Origin: the human T2T-CHM13v2.0 reference genome, Homo sapiens
DNA length: 64,000 bases
NCBI RefSeq assembly: GCF_009914755.1
Contig: NC_060939.1
Reading direction: 5' to 3' (one strand)
The position numbers were made by a program, and so were the translations under genes. Shown piece after piece: positions 1 to 12,927 of the stretch (positions are counted from its first letter, which is position 1; every line of letters begins with the position of its first letter). The notes beneath the pieces are model-generated. The model saw only the letters and a program-made list of their open reading frames with translations. It was not told the origin of the DNA and searched no databases.

Positions 1-449
1 ATGTAGAAGCGCTCCTGTCTTCGTGGCAGCAGTTGGACCTCACAATGTGGATTGTGCCGTCACCCTGCAATGTTTATGCCCTATCGCCATGGTGACGGGA
101 TTAGGGATCTCCTGCTCTTGGTCCTAAAGGCCACTGTCTGTGCTGTGTTTTTCAAAGGTCAGCACAGAGTGAACCTTTGTGGTTTTATTTTCCCTGAGTT
201 TGATTTTTCTCATGGGGAACCTGTGGTGCTGCTTTGAAGGTATATTCATACTGGCCTTTCAAATGCCAACTCTTCAAATTACTAGTTAATGCTTTCAAAG
301 TATGTTATTTCAAAAATTATCCTCCGTATTTTCCATATGCAGTTATAAATATGTTTCATGGTTATGTTTCATTCCTCAGTTTATATATTTGATTATTGTA
401 CCAAGCAGAGTACCTTTGAAATTTTTTTTCATCTAAAAAATATGTAAAT
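1..449 (+). repeat. HSATI-type GC-moderate segment of DYZ2 monomer (5' part cut by window edge)
   Basis: Complex non-Alu sequence repeated in every monomer, abutting the Alu at 450. Confidence 0.8.
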
Positions 450-741
450 TAGCTCAGGCCTGTAATCCCAGCAAATTTGGAGGCCAAGGCAAGGGGATCA
501 CAAGGTAAAGAGATCAAGACCATCCTGGCCAATACAGTGAAACGCTGTCACTACTAAAAATCCAAAAAATTAGCTAGGCATTGTGGCAGCTGGTGTAGTC
601 CCAGTGTGGTGTAGTCCAAGCTACCTGGGAGGCTGAGGGAGGGCAATCGCTTGAACCCGTGAGGCAGATGTTGCAGTGAGCAAATTTGGTGCCATTGTAC
701 TCCACCCTGTGCAACAGGACAACACTCTGTCTAAAAAAAAA
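450..741 (+). mobile_element. 5'-truncated degenerate Alu (U1)
   Basis: GCCTGTAATCCCAGCA...GAGATCAAGACCATCCTGGCCAA...CTACTAAAAATCCAAAAAATTAGC linker...GGGAGGCTGAGG...TTGCAGTGAGC...CTCTGTCT-A9 aligns by eye to the dimeric Alu consensus minus its first ~12 nt. Confidence 0.95.
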
Positions 742-2319
742 TTATATATGATATATGTTATATGTTATGTAATATGTTTATATGTAATATATAACCTCAT
801 ATATATTATATGTCCTAATATATAATAGTTATCCTGTGTCATATTATATATATTATATATTTCATAACATATATAATATATAATACATATTATACATCTT
901 ATATATGAAAATATGTAATTAGAGATAAAATAACATATAGTTATATATAATATGATATATAACATATATACTATATCATATATGATATATAATATATAAT
1001 TTTTTATTGCATATTATAATTCATATATATTATAATTTATATAATGATATAATTATTTATATAATATAAATAATTATACATGATTATATAATTATATATA
1101 ATATAAATAATAATATATGTAATTACATATTCATATCGTTATATATAATAATACATTTCATATGTAATTATATATATCATATAATAGACAACACACCTAA
1201 TATATAATATATAATATATATTATACAATATAGGATACATAATATGTATGATATATAAGATATCATAATATAATATATATTTTAACATTATGTATGTAAC
1301 ATGTAATATGTGATATATAAAATAAATTATGTAATATAAAATAATATAATATAATATATACTATATTAAGGTATATTATGTAAAGTATGTAATAAAATTA
1401 TAAGTAACATAATAAATAGTTATATATATTATCTTATGTATTTACATAGAGTATTATACAGTTATATATAATTTTAAATTGTTATATATAATTTAATATA
1501 AAACAAATATAATATATATCATAACATATATATTGTATACCATATATATATTATGTATCATATATTGTATGTTATATATTATATATTCTATATCATATAT
1601 CATATATTATATGTTATATATATCACATTCCACATTTTGTATATTATAAATTATATACAATATATGACATGTATTATATTATATATAATAAATTATACAT
1701 TATATGTAACATAGTATATATTATATGTAACATGTATATTCTATGTAAAATATATAATATATAACATATTACATATAATTAATAACATAGACATATAATA
1801 TATATTTAACATATGTACTATATATACAACGTATTATACATATACTATATAATATATATTATATATATGGCATAAAATATAATATATATTATATGTCATA
1901 TTTTATATATACAATTATATATTATTATATGTTATTTTATATTATCTACAACATAGATATAATATATATACCTATAATGTATATTACATATAACGTAGAT
2001 ATTATACATAATATATATAATGTATATTATATATAACGTAGATATTATATATAATATATATAATGTATATTATATATTTAATACGTATATTAACCATATA
2101 ATATATTCTATATATGATATATAATATATATTATATATGTCATAAAATATATATATTATATATCATTGTATAAATATAATACTTATATATTATCAATTAT
2201 TATATTACATTTAATATATATAATATAAGATGCAGGATGTGAGACAATATTATATATATGTTATTTATATTATATATATGATACTATATATTATTGTATA
2301 CATAATGTGTATATATATT
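742..2319. repeat. Degenerate AT-rich simple repeat ((TA)n/TATAA/TATTA-like), ~1.58 kb, exemplar; recurs once per monomer
   Basis: Overwhelmingly A/T, built of interrupted TATA/TAATA motifs. It begins immediately after the Alu A-tail. Confidence 0.95.
1991..2076 (+). repeat. Internal 43-bp tandem repeat (2 copies per monomer, 3 in U12)
   Basis: TAACGTAGATATTATATATAATATATATAATGTATATTATATA-type unit at 1991 and 2034; three copies at 28835, 28878 and 28921. Confidence 0.85.
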
Positions 2320-2885
2320 TGTGGGTGCCCTATTTCCCATCTCATAACTTGTTTTAAGAAGCGCAGCATAATAATGTGTGGGCTTGGGATTCAGTTTTTG
2401 AAACAAAACACTGAGCCTTCAATGACCTTTCGGTCTATGTAGAAGCGCTCCTGTCTTCGTGGCAGCAGTTGGACCTCACAATGTGGATTGTGCCGTCACC
2501 CTGCAATGTTTATGCCCTATCGCCATGGTGACGGGATTAGGGATCTCCTGCTCTTGGTCCTAAAGGCCACTGTCTGTGCTGTGTTTTTCAAAGGTCAGCA
2601 CAGAGTGAACCTTTGTGGTTTTATTTTCCCTGAGTTTGATTTTTCTCATGGGGAACCTGTGGTGCTGCTTTGAAGGTATATTCATACTGGCCTTTCAAAT
2701 GCCAACTCTTCAAATTACTAGTTAATGCTTTCAAAGTATGTTATTTCAAAAATTATCCTCCGTATTTTCCATATGCAGTTATAAATATGTTTCATGGTTA
2801 TGTTTCATTCCTCAGTTTATATATTTGATTATTGTACCAAGCAGAGTACCTTTGAAATTTTTTTTCATCTAAAAAATATGTAAAT
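2320..2885 (+). repeat. Complete HSATI-type segment (~566 bp), exemplar; recurs once per monomer
   Basis: Starts where the AT-rich tract ends (TGTGGGTGCCCTATTTCCC) and ends at the Alu start (TAGCTCAGGCCTGTAATCCC). Identification as HSATI rests on established DYZ2 structure. Confidence 0.8.
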
Positions 2886-3177
2886 TAGCTCAGGCCTGTA
2901 ATCCCAGCAAATTTGGAGGCCAAGGCAAGGGGATCACAAGGTAAAGAGATCAAGACCATCCTGGCCAATACAGTGAAACGCTGTCACTACTAAAAATCCA
3001 AAAAATTAGCTAGGCATTGTGGCAGCTGGTGTAGTCCCAGTGTGGTGTAGTCCAAGCTACCTGGGAGGCTGAGGGAGGGCAATCGCTTGAACCCGTGAGG
3101 CAGATGTTGCAGTGAGCAAATTTGGTGCCATTGTACTCCACCCTGTGCAACAGGACAACACTCTGTCTAAAAAAAAA
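2886..3177 (+). mobile_element. Truncated Alu (U2)
   Basis: Copy of the U1 Alu. Confidence 0.95.
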
Positions 3178-5322
3178 TTATATATGATATATGTTATATG
3201 TTATGTAATATGCTTTATATGTAATATATAACCTCATATATATTATATGTCATAATATATAATAGTTATCCTGTGTCATATTATATATATTATATATTTC
3301 ATAACATATATAATATATAATACATATTATACATCTTATATATGAAAATATGTAATTAGAGATAAAATAACATATAGTTATATATAATATGATATATAAC
3401 ATATATACTATATCATATATGATATATAATATATAATTTTTTATTGCATATTATAATTCATATATATTATAATTTATATAATGATATAATTATTTATATA
3501 ATATAAATAATTATACATGATTATATAATTATATATAATATAAATAATAATATATATAATTACATATTCATATCGTTATATATAATAATACATTTCATAT
3601 GTAATTATATATATCATATAATAGACAACACACCTAATATATAATATATAATATATATTATACAATATAGGATACAAAAGATGTATGATATATAAGATAT
3701 CATAATATAATATATATTTTAACATTATGTATGTAACATGTAATATGTGATATATAAAATAAATTATGTAATATAAAATAATATAATATAATATATACTA
3801 TATTAAGGTATATTATGTAAAGTATGTAATAAAATTATAAGTAACATAATAAATAGTTATATATATTATCTTATGTATTTACATAGAGTATTATACAGTT
3901 ATATATAATTTTAAATTGTTATATATAATTTAATATAAAACAAATATAATATATATCATAACATATATATTGTATACCATATATATATTATGTATCATAT
4001 ATTGTATGTTATATATTATATATTCTATATCATATATCATATATTATATGTTATATATATCACATTCCACATTTTGTATATTATAAATTATATACAATAT
4101 ATGACATGTATTATATTATATATAATAAATTATACATTATATGTAACATAGTATATATTATATGTAACATGTATATTCTATGTAAAATATATAATATATA
4201 ACATATTACATATAATTAATAACATAGACATATAATATATATTTAACATATGTACTATATATACAACGTATTATACATATACTATATAATATATATTATA
4301 TATATGGCATAAAATATAATATATATTATATGTCATATTTTATATATACAATTATATATTATTATATGTTATTTTATATTATCTACAACATAGATATAAT
4401 ATATATACCTATAATGTATATTACATATAACGTAGATATTATATATAATATATATAATGTATATTATATATAACGTAGATATTATATATAATATATATAA
4501 TGTATATTATATATTTAATACGTATATTAACCATATAATATATTCTATATATGATATATAATATATATTATATATGTCATAAAATATATATATTATATAT
4601 CATTGTATAAATATAATACTTATATATTATCAATTATTATATTACATTTAATATATATAATATAAGATGCAGGATGTGAGACAATATTATATATATGTTA
4701 TTTATATTATATATATGATACTATATATTATTGTATACATAATGTGTATATATATTTGTGGGTGCCCTATTTCCCATCTCATAACTTGTTTTAAGAAGCG
4801 CAGCATAATAATGTGTGGGCTTGGGATTCAGTTTTTGAAACAAAACACTGAGCCTTCAATGACCTTTCGGTCTATGTAGAAGCGCTCCTGTCTTCGTGGC
4901 AGCAGTTGGACCTCACAATGTGGATTGTGCCGTCACCCTGCAATGTTTATGCCCTATCGCCATGGTGACGGGATTAGGGATCTCCTGCTCTTGGTCCTAA
5001 AGGCCACTGTCTGTGCTGTGTTTTTCAAAGGTCAGCACAGAGTGAACCTTTGTGGTTTTATTTTCCCTGAGTTTGATTTTTCTCATGGGGAACCTGTGGT
5101 GCTGCTTTGAAGGTATATTCATACTGGCCTTTCAAATGCCAACTCTTCAAATTACTAGTTAATGCTTTCAAAGTATGTTATTTCAAAAATTATCCTCCGT
5201 ATTTTCCATATGCAGTTATAAATATGTTTCATGGTTATGTTTCATTCCTCAGTTTATATATTTGATTATTGTACCAAGCAGAGTACCTTTGAAATTTTTT
5301 TTCATCTAAAAAATATGTAAAT

Positions 5323-5614
5323 TAGCTCAGGCCTGTAATCCCAGCAAATTTGGAGGCCAAGGCAAGGGGATCACAAGGTAAAGAGATCAAGACCATCCTG
5401 GCCAATACAGTGAAACGCTGTCACTACTAAAAATCCAAAAAATTAGCTAGGCATTGTGGCAGCTGGTGTAGTCCCAGTGTGGTGTAGTCCAAGCTACCTG
5501 GGAGGCTGAGGGAGGGCAATCGCTTGAACCCGTGAGGCAGATGTTGCAGTGAGCAAATTTGGTGCCATTGTACTCCACCCTGTGCAACAGGACAACACTC
5601 TGTCTAAAAAAAAA
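5323..5614 (+). mobile_element. Truncated Alu (U3)
   Basis: Copy of the U1 Alu. Confidence 0.95.
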
Positions 5615-7758
5615 TTATATATGATATATGTTATATGTTATGTAATATGCTTTATATGTAATATATAACCTCATATATATTATATGTCATAATATATAAT
5701 AGTTATCCTGTGTCATATTATATATATTATATATTTCATAACATATATAATATATAATACATATTATACATCTTATATATGAAAATATGTAATTAGAGAT
5801 AAAATAACATATAGTTATATATAATATGATATATAACATATATACTATATCATATATGATATATAATATATAATTTTTTATTGCATATTATAATTCATAT
5901 ATATTATAATTTATATAATGATATAATTATTTATATAATATAAATAATTATACATGATTATATAATTATATATAATATAAATAATAATATATATAATTAC
6001 ATATTCATATCGTTATATATAATAATACATTTCATATGTAATTATATATATCATATAATAGACAACACACCTAATATATAATATATAATATATATTATAC
6101 AATATAGGATACAAAAGATGTATGATATATAAGATATCATAATATAATATATATTTTAACATTATGTATGTAACATGTAATATGTGATATATAAAATAAA
6201 TTATGTAATATAAAATAATATAATATAATATATACTATATTAAGGTATATTATGTAAAGTATGTAATAAAATTATAAGTAACATAATAAATAGTTATATA
6301 TATTATCTTATGTATTTACATAGAGTATTATACAGTTATATATAATTTTAAATTGTTATATATAATTTAATATAAAACAAATATAATATATATCATAACA
6401 TATATATTGTATACCATATATATATTATGTATCATATATTGTATGTTATATATTATATATTCTATATCATATATCATATATTATATGTTATATATATCAC
6501 ATTCCACATTTTGTATATTATAAATTATATACAATATATGACATGTATTATATTATATATAATAAATTATACATTATATGTAACATAGTATATATTATAT
6601 GTAACATGTATATTCTATGTAAAATATATAATATATAACATATTACATATAATTAATAACATAGACATATAATATATATTTAACATATGTACTATATATA
6701 CAACGTATTATACATATACTATATAATATATATTATATATATGGCATAAAATATAATATATATTATATGTCATATTTTATATATACAATTATATATTATT
6801 ATATGTTATTTTATATTATCTACAACATAGATATAATATATATACCTATAATGTATATTACATATAACGTAGATATTATATATAATATATATAATGTATA
6901 TTATATATAACGTAGATATTATATATAATATATATAATGTATATTATATATTTAATACGTATATTAACCATATAATATATTCTATATATGATATATAATA
7001 TATATTATATATGTCATAAAATATATATATTATATATCATTGTATAAATATAATACTTATATATTATCAATTATTATATTACATTTAATATATATAATAT
7101 AAGATGCAGGATGTGAGACAATATTATATATATGTTATTTATATTATATATATGATACTATATATTATTGTATACATAATGTGTATATATATTTGTGGGT
7201 GCCCTATTTCCCATCTCATAACTTGTTTTAAGAAGCGCAGCATAATAATGTGTGGGCTTGGGATTCAGTTTTTGAAACAAAACACTGAGCCTTCAATGAC
7301 CTTTCGGTCTATGTAGAAGCGCTCCTGTCTTCGTGGCAGCAGTTGGACCTCACAATGTGGATTGTGCCGTCACCCTGCAATGTTTATGCCCTATCGCCAT
7401 GGTGACGGGATTAGGGATCTCCTGCTCTTGGTCCTAAAGGCCACTGTCTGTGCTGTGTTTTTCAAAGGTCAGCACAGAGTGAACCTTTGTGGTTTTATTT
7501 TCCCTGAGTTTGATTTTTCTCATGGGGAACCTGTGGTGCTGCTTTGAAGGTATATTCATACTGGCCTTTCAAATGCCAACTCTTCAAATTACTAGTTAAT
7601 GCTTTCAAAGTATGTTATTTCAAAAATTATCCTCCGTATTTTCCATATGCAGTTATAAATATGTTTCATGGTTATGTTTCATTCCTCAGTTTATATATTT
7701 GATTATTGTACCAAGCAGAGTACCTTTGAAATTTTTTTCATCTAAAAAATATGTAAAT

Positions 7759-8050
7759 TAGCTCAGGCCTGTAATCCCAGCAAATTTGGAGGCCAAGGCA
7801 AGGGGATCACAAGGTAAAGAGATCAAGACCATCCTGGCCAATAGAGTGAAACGCTGTCACTACTAAAAATCCAAAAAATTAGCTAGGCATTGTGGCAGCT
7901 GGTGTAGTCTCAGTGTGGTGTAGTCCAAGCTACCTGGGAGGCTGAGGGAGGGCAATCGCTTGAACCCGTGAGGCAGATGTTGCAGTGAGCAAATTTGGTG
8001 CCATTGTACTCCACCCTGTGCAACAGGACAACACTCTGTCTAAAAAAAAA
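7759..8050 (+). mobile_element. Truncated Alu (U4)
   Basis: Copy of the U1 Alu. Confidence 0.95.
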
Positions 8051-10196
8051 TTATATATGATATATGTTATATGTTATGTAATATGCTTTATATGTAATAT
8101 ATAACCTCATATATATTATATGTCATAATATATAATAGTTATCCTGTGTCATATTATATATATTATATATTTCATAACATATATAATATATAATACATAT
8201 TATACATCTTATATATGAAAATATGTAATTAGAGATAAAATAACATATAGTTATATATAATATGATATATAACATATATACTATATCATATATGATATAT
8301 AATATATAATTTTTTATTGCATATTATAATTCATATATATTATAATTTATATAATGATATAATTATTTATATAATATAAATAATTATACATGATTATATA
8401 ATTATATATAATATAAATAATAATATATATAATTACATATTCATATCGTTATATATAATAATACATTTCATATGTAATTATATATATCATATAATAGACA
8501 ACACACCTAATATATAATATATAATATATATTATACAATATAGGATACAAAAGATGTATGATATATAAGATATCATAATATAATATATATTTTAACATTA
8601 TGTATGTAACATGTAATATGTGATATATAAAATAAATTATGTAATATAAAATAATATAATATAATATATACTATATTAAGGTATATTATGTAAAGTATGT
8701 AATAAAATTATAAGTAACATAATATATAGTTATATATATTATTTTATGTATTTACATAGAGTATTATACAGTTATATATAACTTTAAATTGTTATATATA
8801 ATTTAATATAAAACAAATATAATATATATCATAACATATATATTGTATACCATATATATTATGTATCATATATTGTATGTTATATATCATATATTGTATA
8901 TCATATATCATATATTATATGTTATATGTATCACATTCCACATTTTGTATATTATAAATTATATACAATATATGACATATATTATATTATATATAATAAA
9001 TTATACATTATATGTAACATAGTATATATTATATGTAACATGTATATTCTATGTAAAATATATAATATATAACATATTACATATAATTAATAACATAGAC
9101 ATATAATATATATTTGACATATGTACTATATATACAACGTATTATACATATACTATATAATATATATTATATATATGGCATAAAATATAATATATATTAT
9201 ATGTCATATTTTATATATACAATTATATATTATTATATGTTATTTTATATTATCTATAACATAGATATAATATATATACCTATAATGTATATTACATATA
9301 ATGAAGATATTATATATAATATATATAATGTATATTATATATAACGTAGATATTATATATAATATATATAATGTATATTATATATTTAATACGTATATTA
9401 ACCATATAATATATTCTATATATGATATATAATATATATTATATATGGCATAAAACATAATATATAATATATGTCATTGTATAAATATAATACTTATATA
9501 TTATCAATTATTATATTACATTTAATATATATAATATAAGATGCAGGATGTGAAACAATATTATATATATGTTATTTATATTATATATATGATACTATAT
9601 ATTATTGTATACATAATGTGTATATATATTTGTGGGTGCCCTATTTCCCATCTCATAACTTGTTTTAAGAAGCGCAGCATAATAATGTGTGGGCTTGGGA
9701 TTCAGTTTTTGAAACAAAACACTGAGCCTTCAATGACCTTTCGGTCTATGTAGAAGCGCTCCTGTCTTCGTGGCAGCAGTTGGACCTCACAATGTGGATT
9801 GTGCCGTCACCCTGCAATGTTTATGCCCTATCGCCATGGTGACGGGATTAGGGATCTCCTGCTCTTGGTCCTAAAGGCCACTGTCTGTGCTGTGTTTTTC
9901 AAAGGTCAGCACAGAGTGAACCTTTGTGGTTTTATTTTCCCTGAGTTTGATTTTTCTCATGGGGAACCTGTGGTGCTGCTTTGAAGGTATATTCATACTG
10001 GCCTTTCAAATGCCAACTCTTCAAATTACTAGTTAATGCTTTCAAAGTATGTTATTTCAAAAATTATCCTCCGTATTTTCCATATGCAGTTATAAATATG
10101 TTTCATGGTTATGTTTCATTCCTCAGTTTATATATTTGATTATTGTACCAAGCAGAGTACCTTTGAAATTTTTTTTCATCTAAAAAATATGTAAAT

Positions 10197-10488
10197 TAGC
10201 TCAGGCCTGTAATCCCAGCAAATTTGGAGGCCAAGGCAAGGGGATCACAAGGTAAAGAGATCAAGACCATCCTGGCCAATACAGTGAAACGCTGTCACTA
10301 CTAAAAATCCAAAAAATTAGCTAGGCATTGTGGCAGCTGGTGTAGTCCCAGTGTGGTGTAGTCCAAGCTACCTGGGAGGCTGAGGGAGGGCAATCGCTTG
10401 AACCCGTGAGGCAGATGTTGCAGTGAGCAAATTTGGTGCCATTGTACTCCACCCTGTGCAACAGGAGAACACTCTGTCTAAAAAAAAA
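10197..10488 (+). mobile_element. Truncated Alu (U5)
   Basis: Copy of the U1 Alu. Confidence 0.95.
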
Positions 10489-12635
10489 TTATATATGATA
10501 TATGTTATATGTTATGTAATATGCTTTATATGTAATATATAACCTCATATATATTATATGTCATAATATATAATAGTTATCCTGTGTCATATTATATATA
10601 TTATATATTTCATAACATATATAATATATAATACATATTATACATCTTATATATGAAAATATGTAATTAGAGATAAAATAACATATAGTTATATATAATA
10701 TGATATATAACATATATACTATATCATATATGATATATAATATATAATTTTTTATTGCATATTATAATTCATATATATTATAATTTATATAATGATATAA
10801 TTATTTATATAATATAAATAATTATACATAATTATATAATTATATATAATATAAATAATAATATATATAATTACATATTCATATCGTTATATATAATAAT
10901 ACATTTCATATGTAATTATATATATCATATAATAGACAACACACCTAATATATGATATATAATATATATTATACAATATAGGATACATAATATGTATGAT
11001 ATATAAGATATCATAATATAATATATATTTTAACATTATGTATGTAACATGTAATATGTGATATATAAAATAAATTATGTAATATAAAATAATATAATAT
11101 AATATATACTATATTAAGGTATATTATGTAAAGTATGTAATAAAATTATAAGTAACATAATATATAGTTATATATATTATCTTATGTATTTACATAGAGT
11201 ATTATACAGTTATATATAATTTTAAATTGTTATATATAATTTAATGTAAAACAAATATAATATACATCATAAAATATATATTGTATACCATATATATATT
11301 ATGTATCATATATTGTATGTTATATATCATATATTGTATATCATATATCATATATTATATGTTATATGTATCACATTCCACATTTTGTATATTATAAATT
11401 ATATAAAATATATGACATATATTATATTATATATAATAAATTATACATTAAATGTATCATAGTATATATTATATGTAACATGTATATTCTATGTAAAATA
11501 TATACTATATAACATATTACATATAATTAATAACATAGACATATAATATATATTTAACATATGTACTATATATACAACGTATTATACATATACTATATAA
11601 TATATATTATATATATGGCATAAAATATAATATATATTATATGTCATATTTTATATATACAATTATATATTATTATATGTTATTTTATATTATCTATAAC
11701 ATAGATATAATATATATACCTATAATGTATATTATATATAACGTAGATATTATATATAATATATATAAATATATTATATATAATGTAGATATTATATATA
11801 ATATATATAATGTATATTATATATTTAATACGTATATTAACCATATAATATATTCTATATATGATATATAATATATATTATATATGTCATAAAATATAAT
11901 ATATATTATATGTCATTGTATAAATATAATACTTATATATTATCAATTATTATATTACATTTAATATATATAATATAAGATGCAGGATGTGAAACAATAT
12001 TATATATATGTTATTTATATTATATATATGATACTATATATTATTGTATACATAATGTGTATATATATTTGTGGGTGCCCTATTTCCCATCTCATAACTT
12101 GTTTTAAGAAGCGCAGCATAATAATGTGTGGGCTTGGGATTCAGTTTTTGAAACAAAACACTGAGCCTTCAATGACCTTTCGGTCTATGTAGAAGCGCTC
12201 CTGTCTTCGTGGCAGCAGTTGGACCTCACAATGTGGATTGTGCCGTCACCCTGCAATGTTTATGCCCTATCGCCATGGTGACGGGATTAGGGATCTCCTG
12301 CTCTTGGTCCTAAAGGCCACTGTCTGTGCTGTGTTTTTCAAAGGTCAGCACAGAGTGAACCTTTGTGGTTTTATTTTCCCTGAGTTTGATTTTTCTCATG
12401 GGGAACCTGTGGTGCTGCTTTGAAGGTATATTCATACTGGCCTTTCAAATGCCAACTCTTCAAATTACTAGTTAATGCTTTCAAAGTATGTTATTTCAAA
12501 AATTATCCTCCGTATTTTCCATATGCAGTTATAAATATGTTTCATGGTTATGTTTCATTCCTCAGTTTATATATTTGATTATTGTACCAAGCAGAGTACC
12601 TTTGAAATTTTTTTTCATCTAAAAAATATGTAAAT

Positions 12636-12927
12636 TAGCTCAGGCCTGTAATCCCAGCAAATTTGGAGGCCAAGGCAAGGGGATCACAAGGTAAAGAGAT
12701 CAAGACCATCCTGGCCAATACAGTGAAACGCTGTCACTACTAAAAATCCAAAAAATTAGCTAGGCATTGTGGCAGCTGGTGTAGTCCCAGTGTGGTGTAG
12801 TCCAAGCTACCTGGGAGGCTGAGGGAGGGCAATCGCTTGAACCCGTGAGGCAGATGTTGCAGTGAGCAAATTTGGTGCCATTGTACTCCACCCTGTGCAA
12901 CAGGAGAACACTCTGTCTAAAAAAAAA
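12636..12927 (+). mobile_element. Truncated Alu (U6)
   Basis: Copy of the U1 Alu. Confidence 0.95.

Noticed and set aside
52-237. 61-aa ORF 'MCRHPAMF...' repeated in 25 units
   Set aside because: It has a TTG start, no recognisable domain, and is broken by stops in U7 and U23. Its recurrence simply reflects the tandem repeat.
450-741. Active or recently inserted Alu elements
   Set aside because: All copies share the same truncation, decay, internal duplication and flanks, and lack target-site duplications. They were amplified as part of the satellite.
742-2319. Numerous TATA-box and AATAAA motifs
   Set aside because: They are inevitable at this AT content and are not evidence of promoters or poly(A) sites.
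2391-2414. Small hairpins TCAGTTTTTG-AAA-CAAAACACTGA and CACAAT-GTGG-ATTGTG (41-56)
   Set aside because: They are short and weak, expected by chance, with no supporting RNA-gene context.
2230-2442. 70-aa ORF 'MQDV[R/K]QYYIY...' in every unit
   Set aside because: Half is Y/I low-complexity translation of TA repeats. There is no homology I recognise and no splice or promoter context. It is intact only because units are near-identical.
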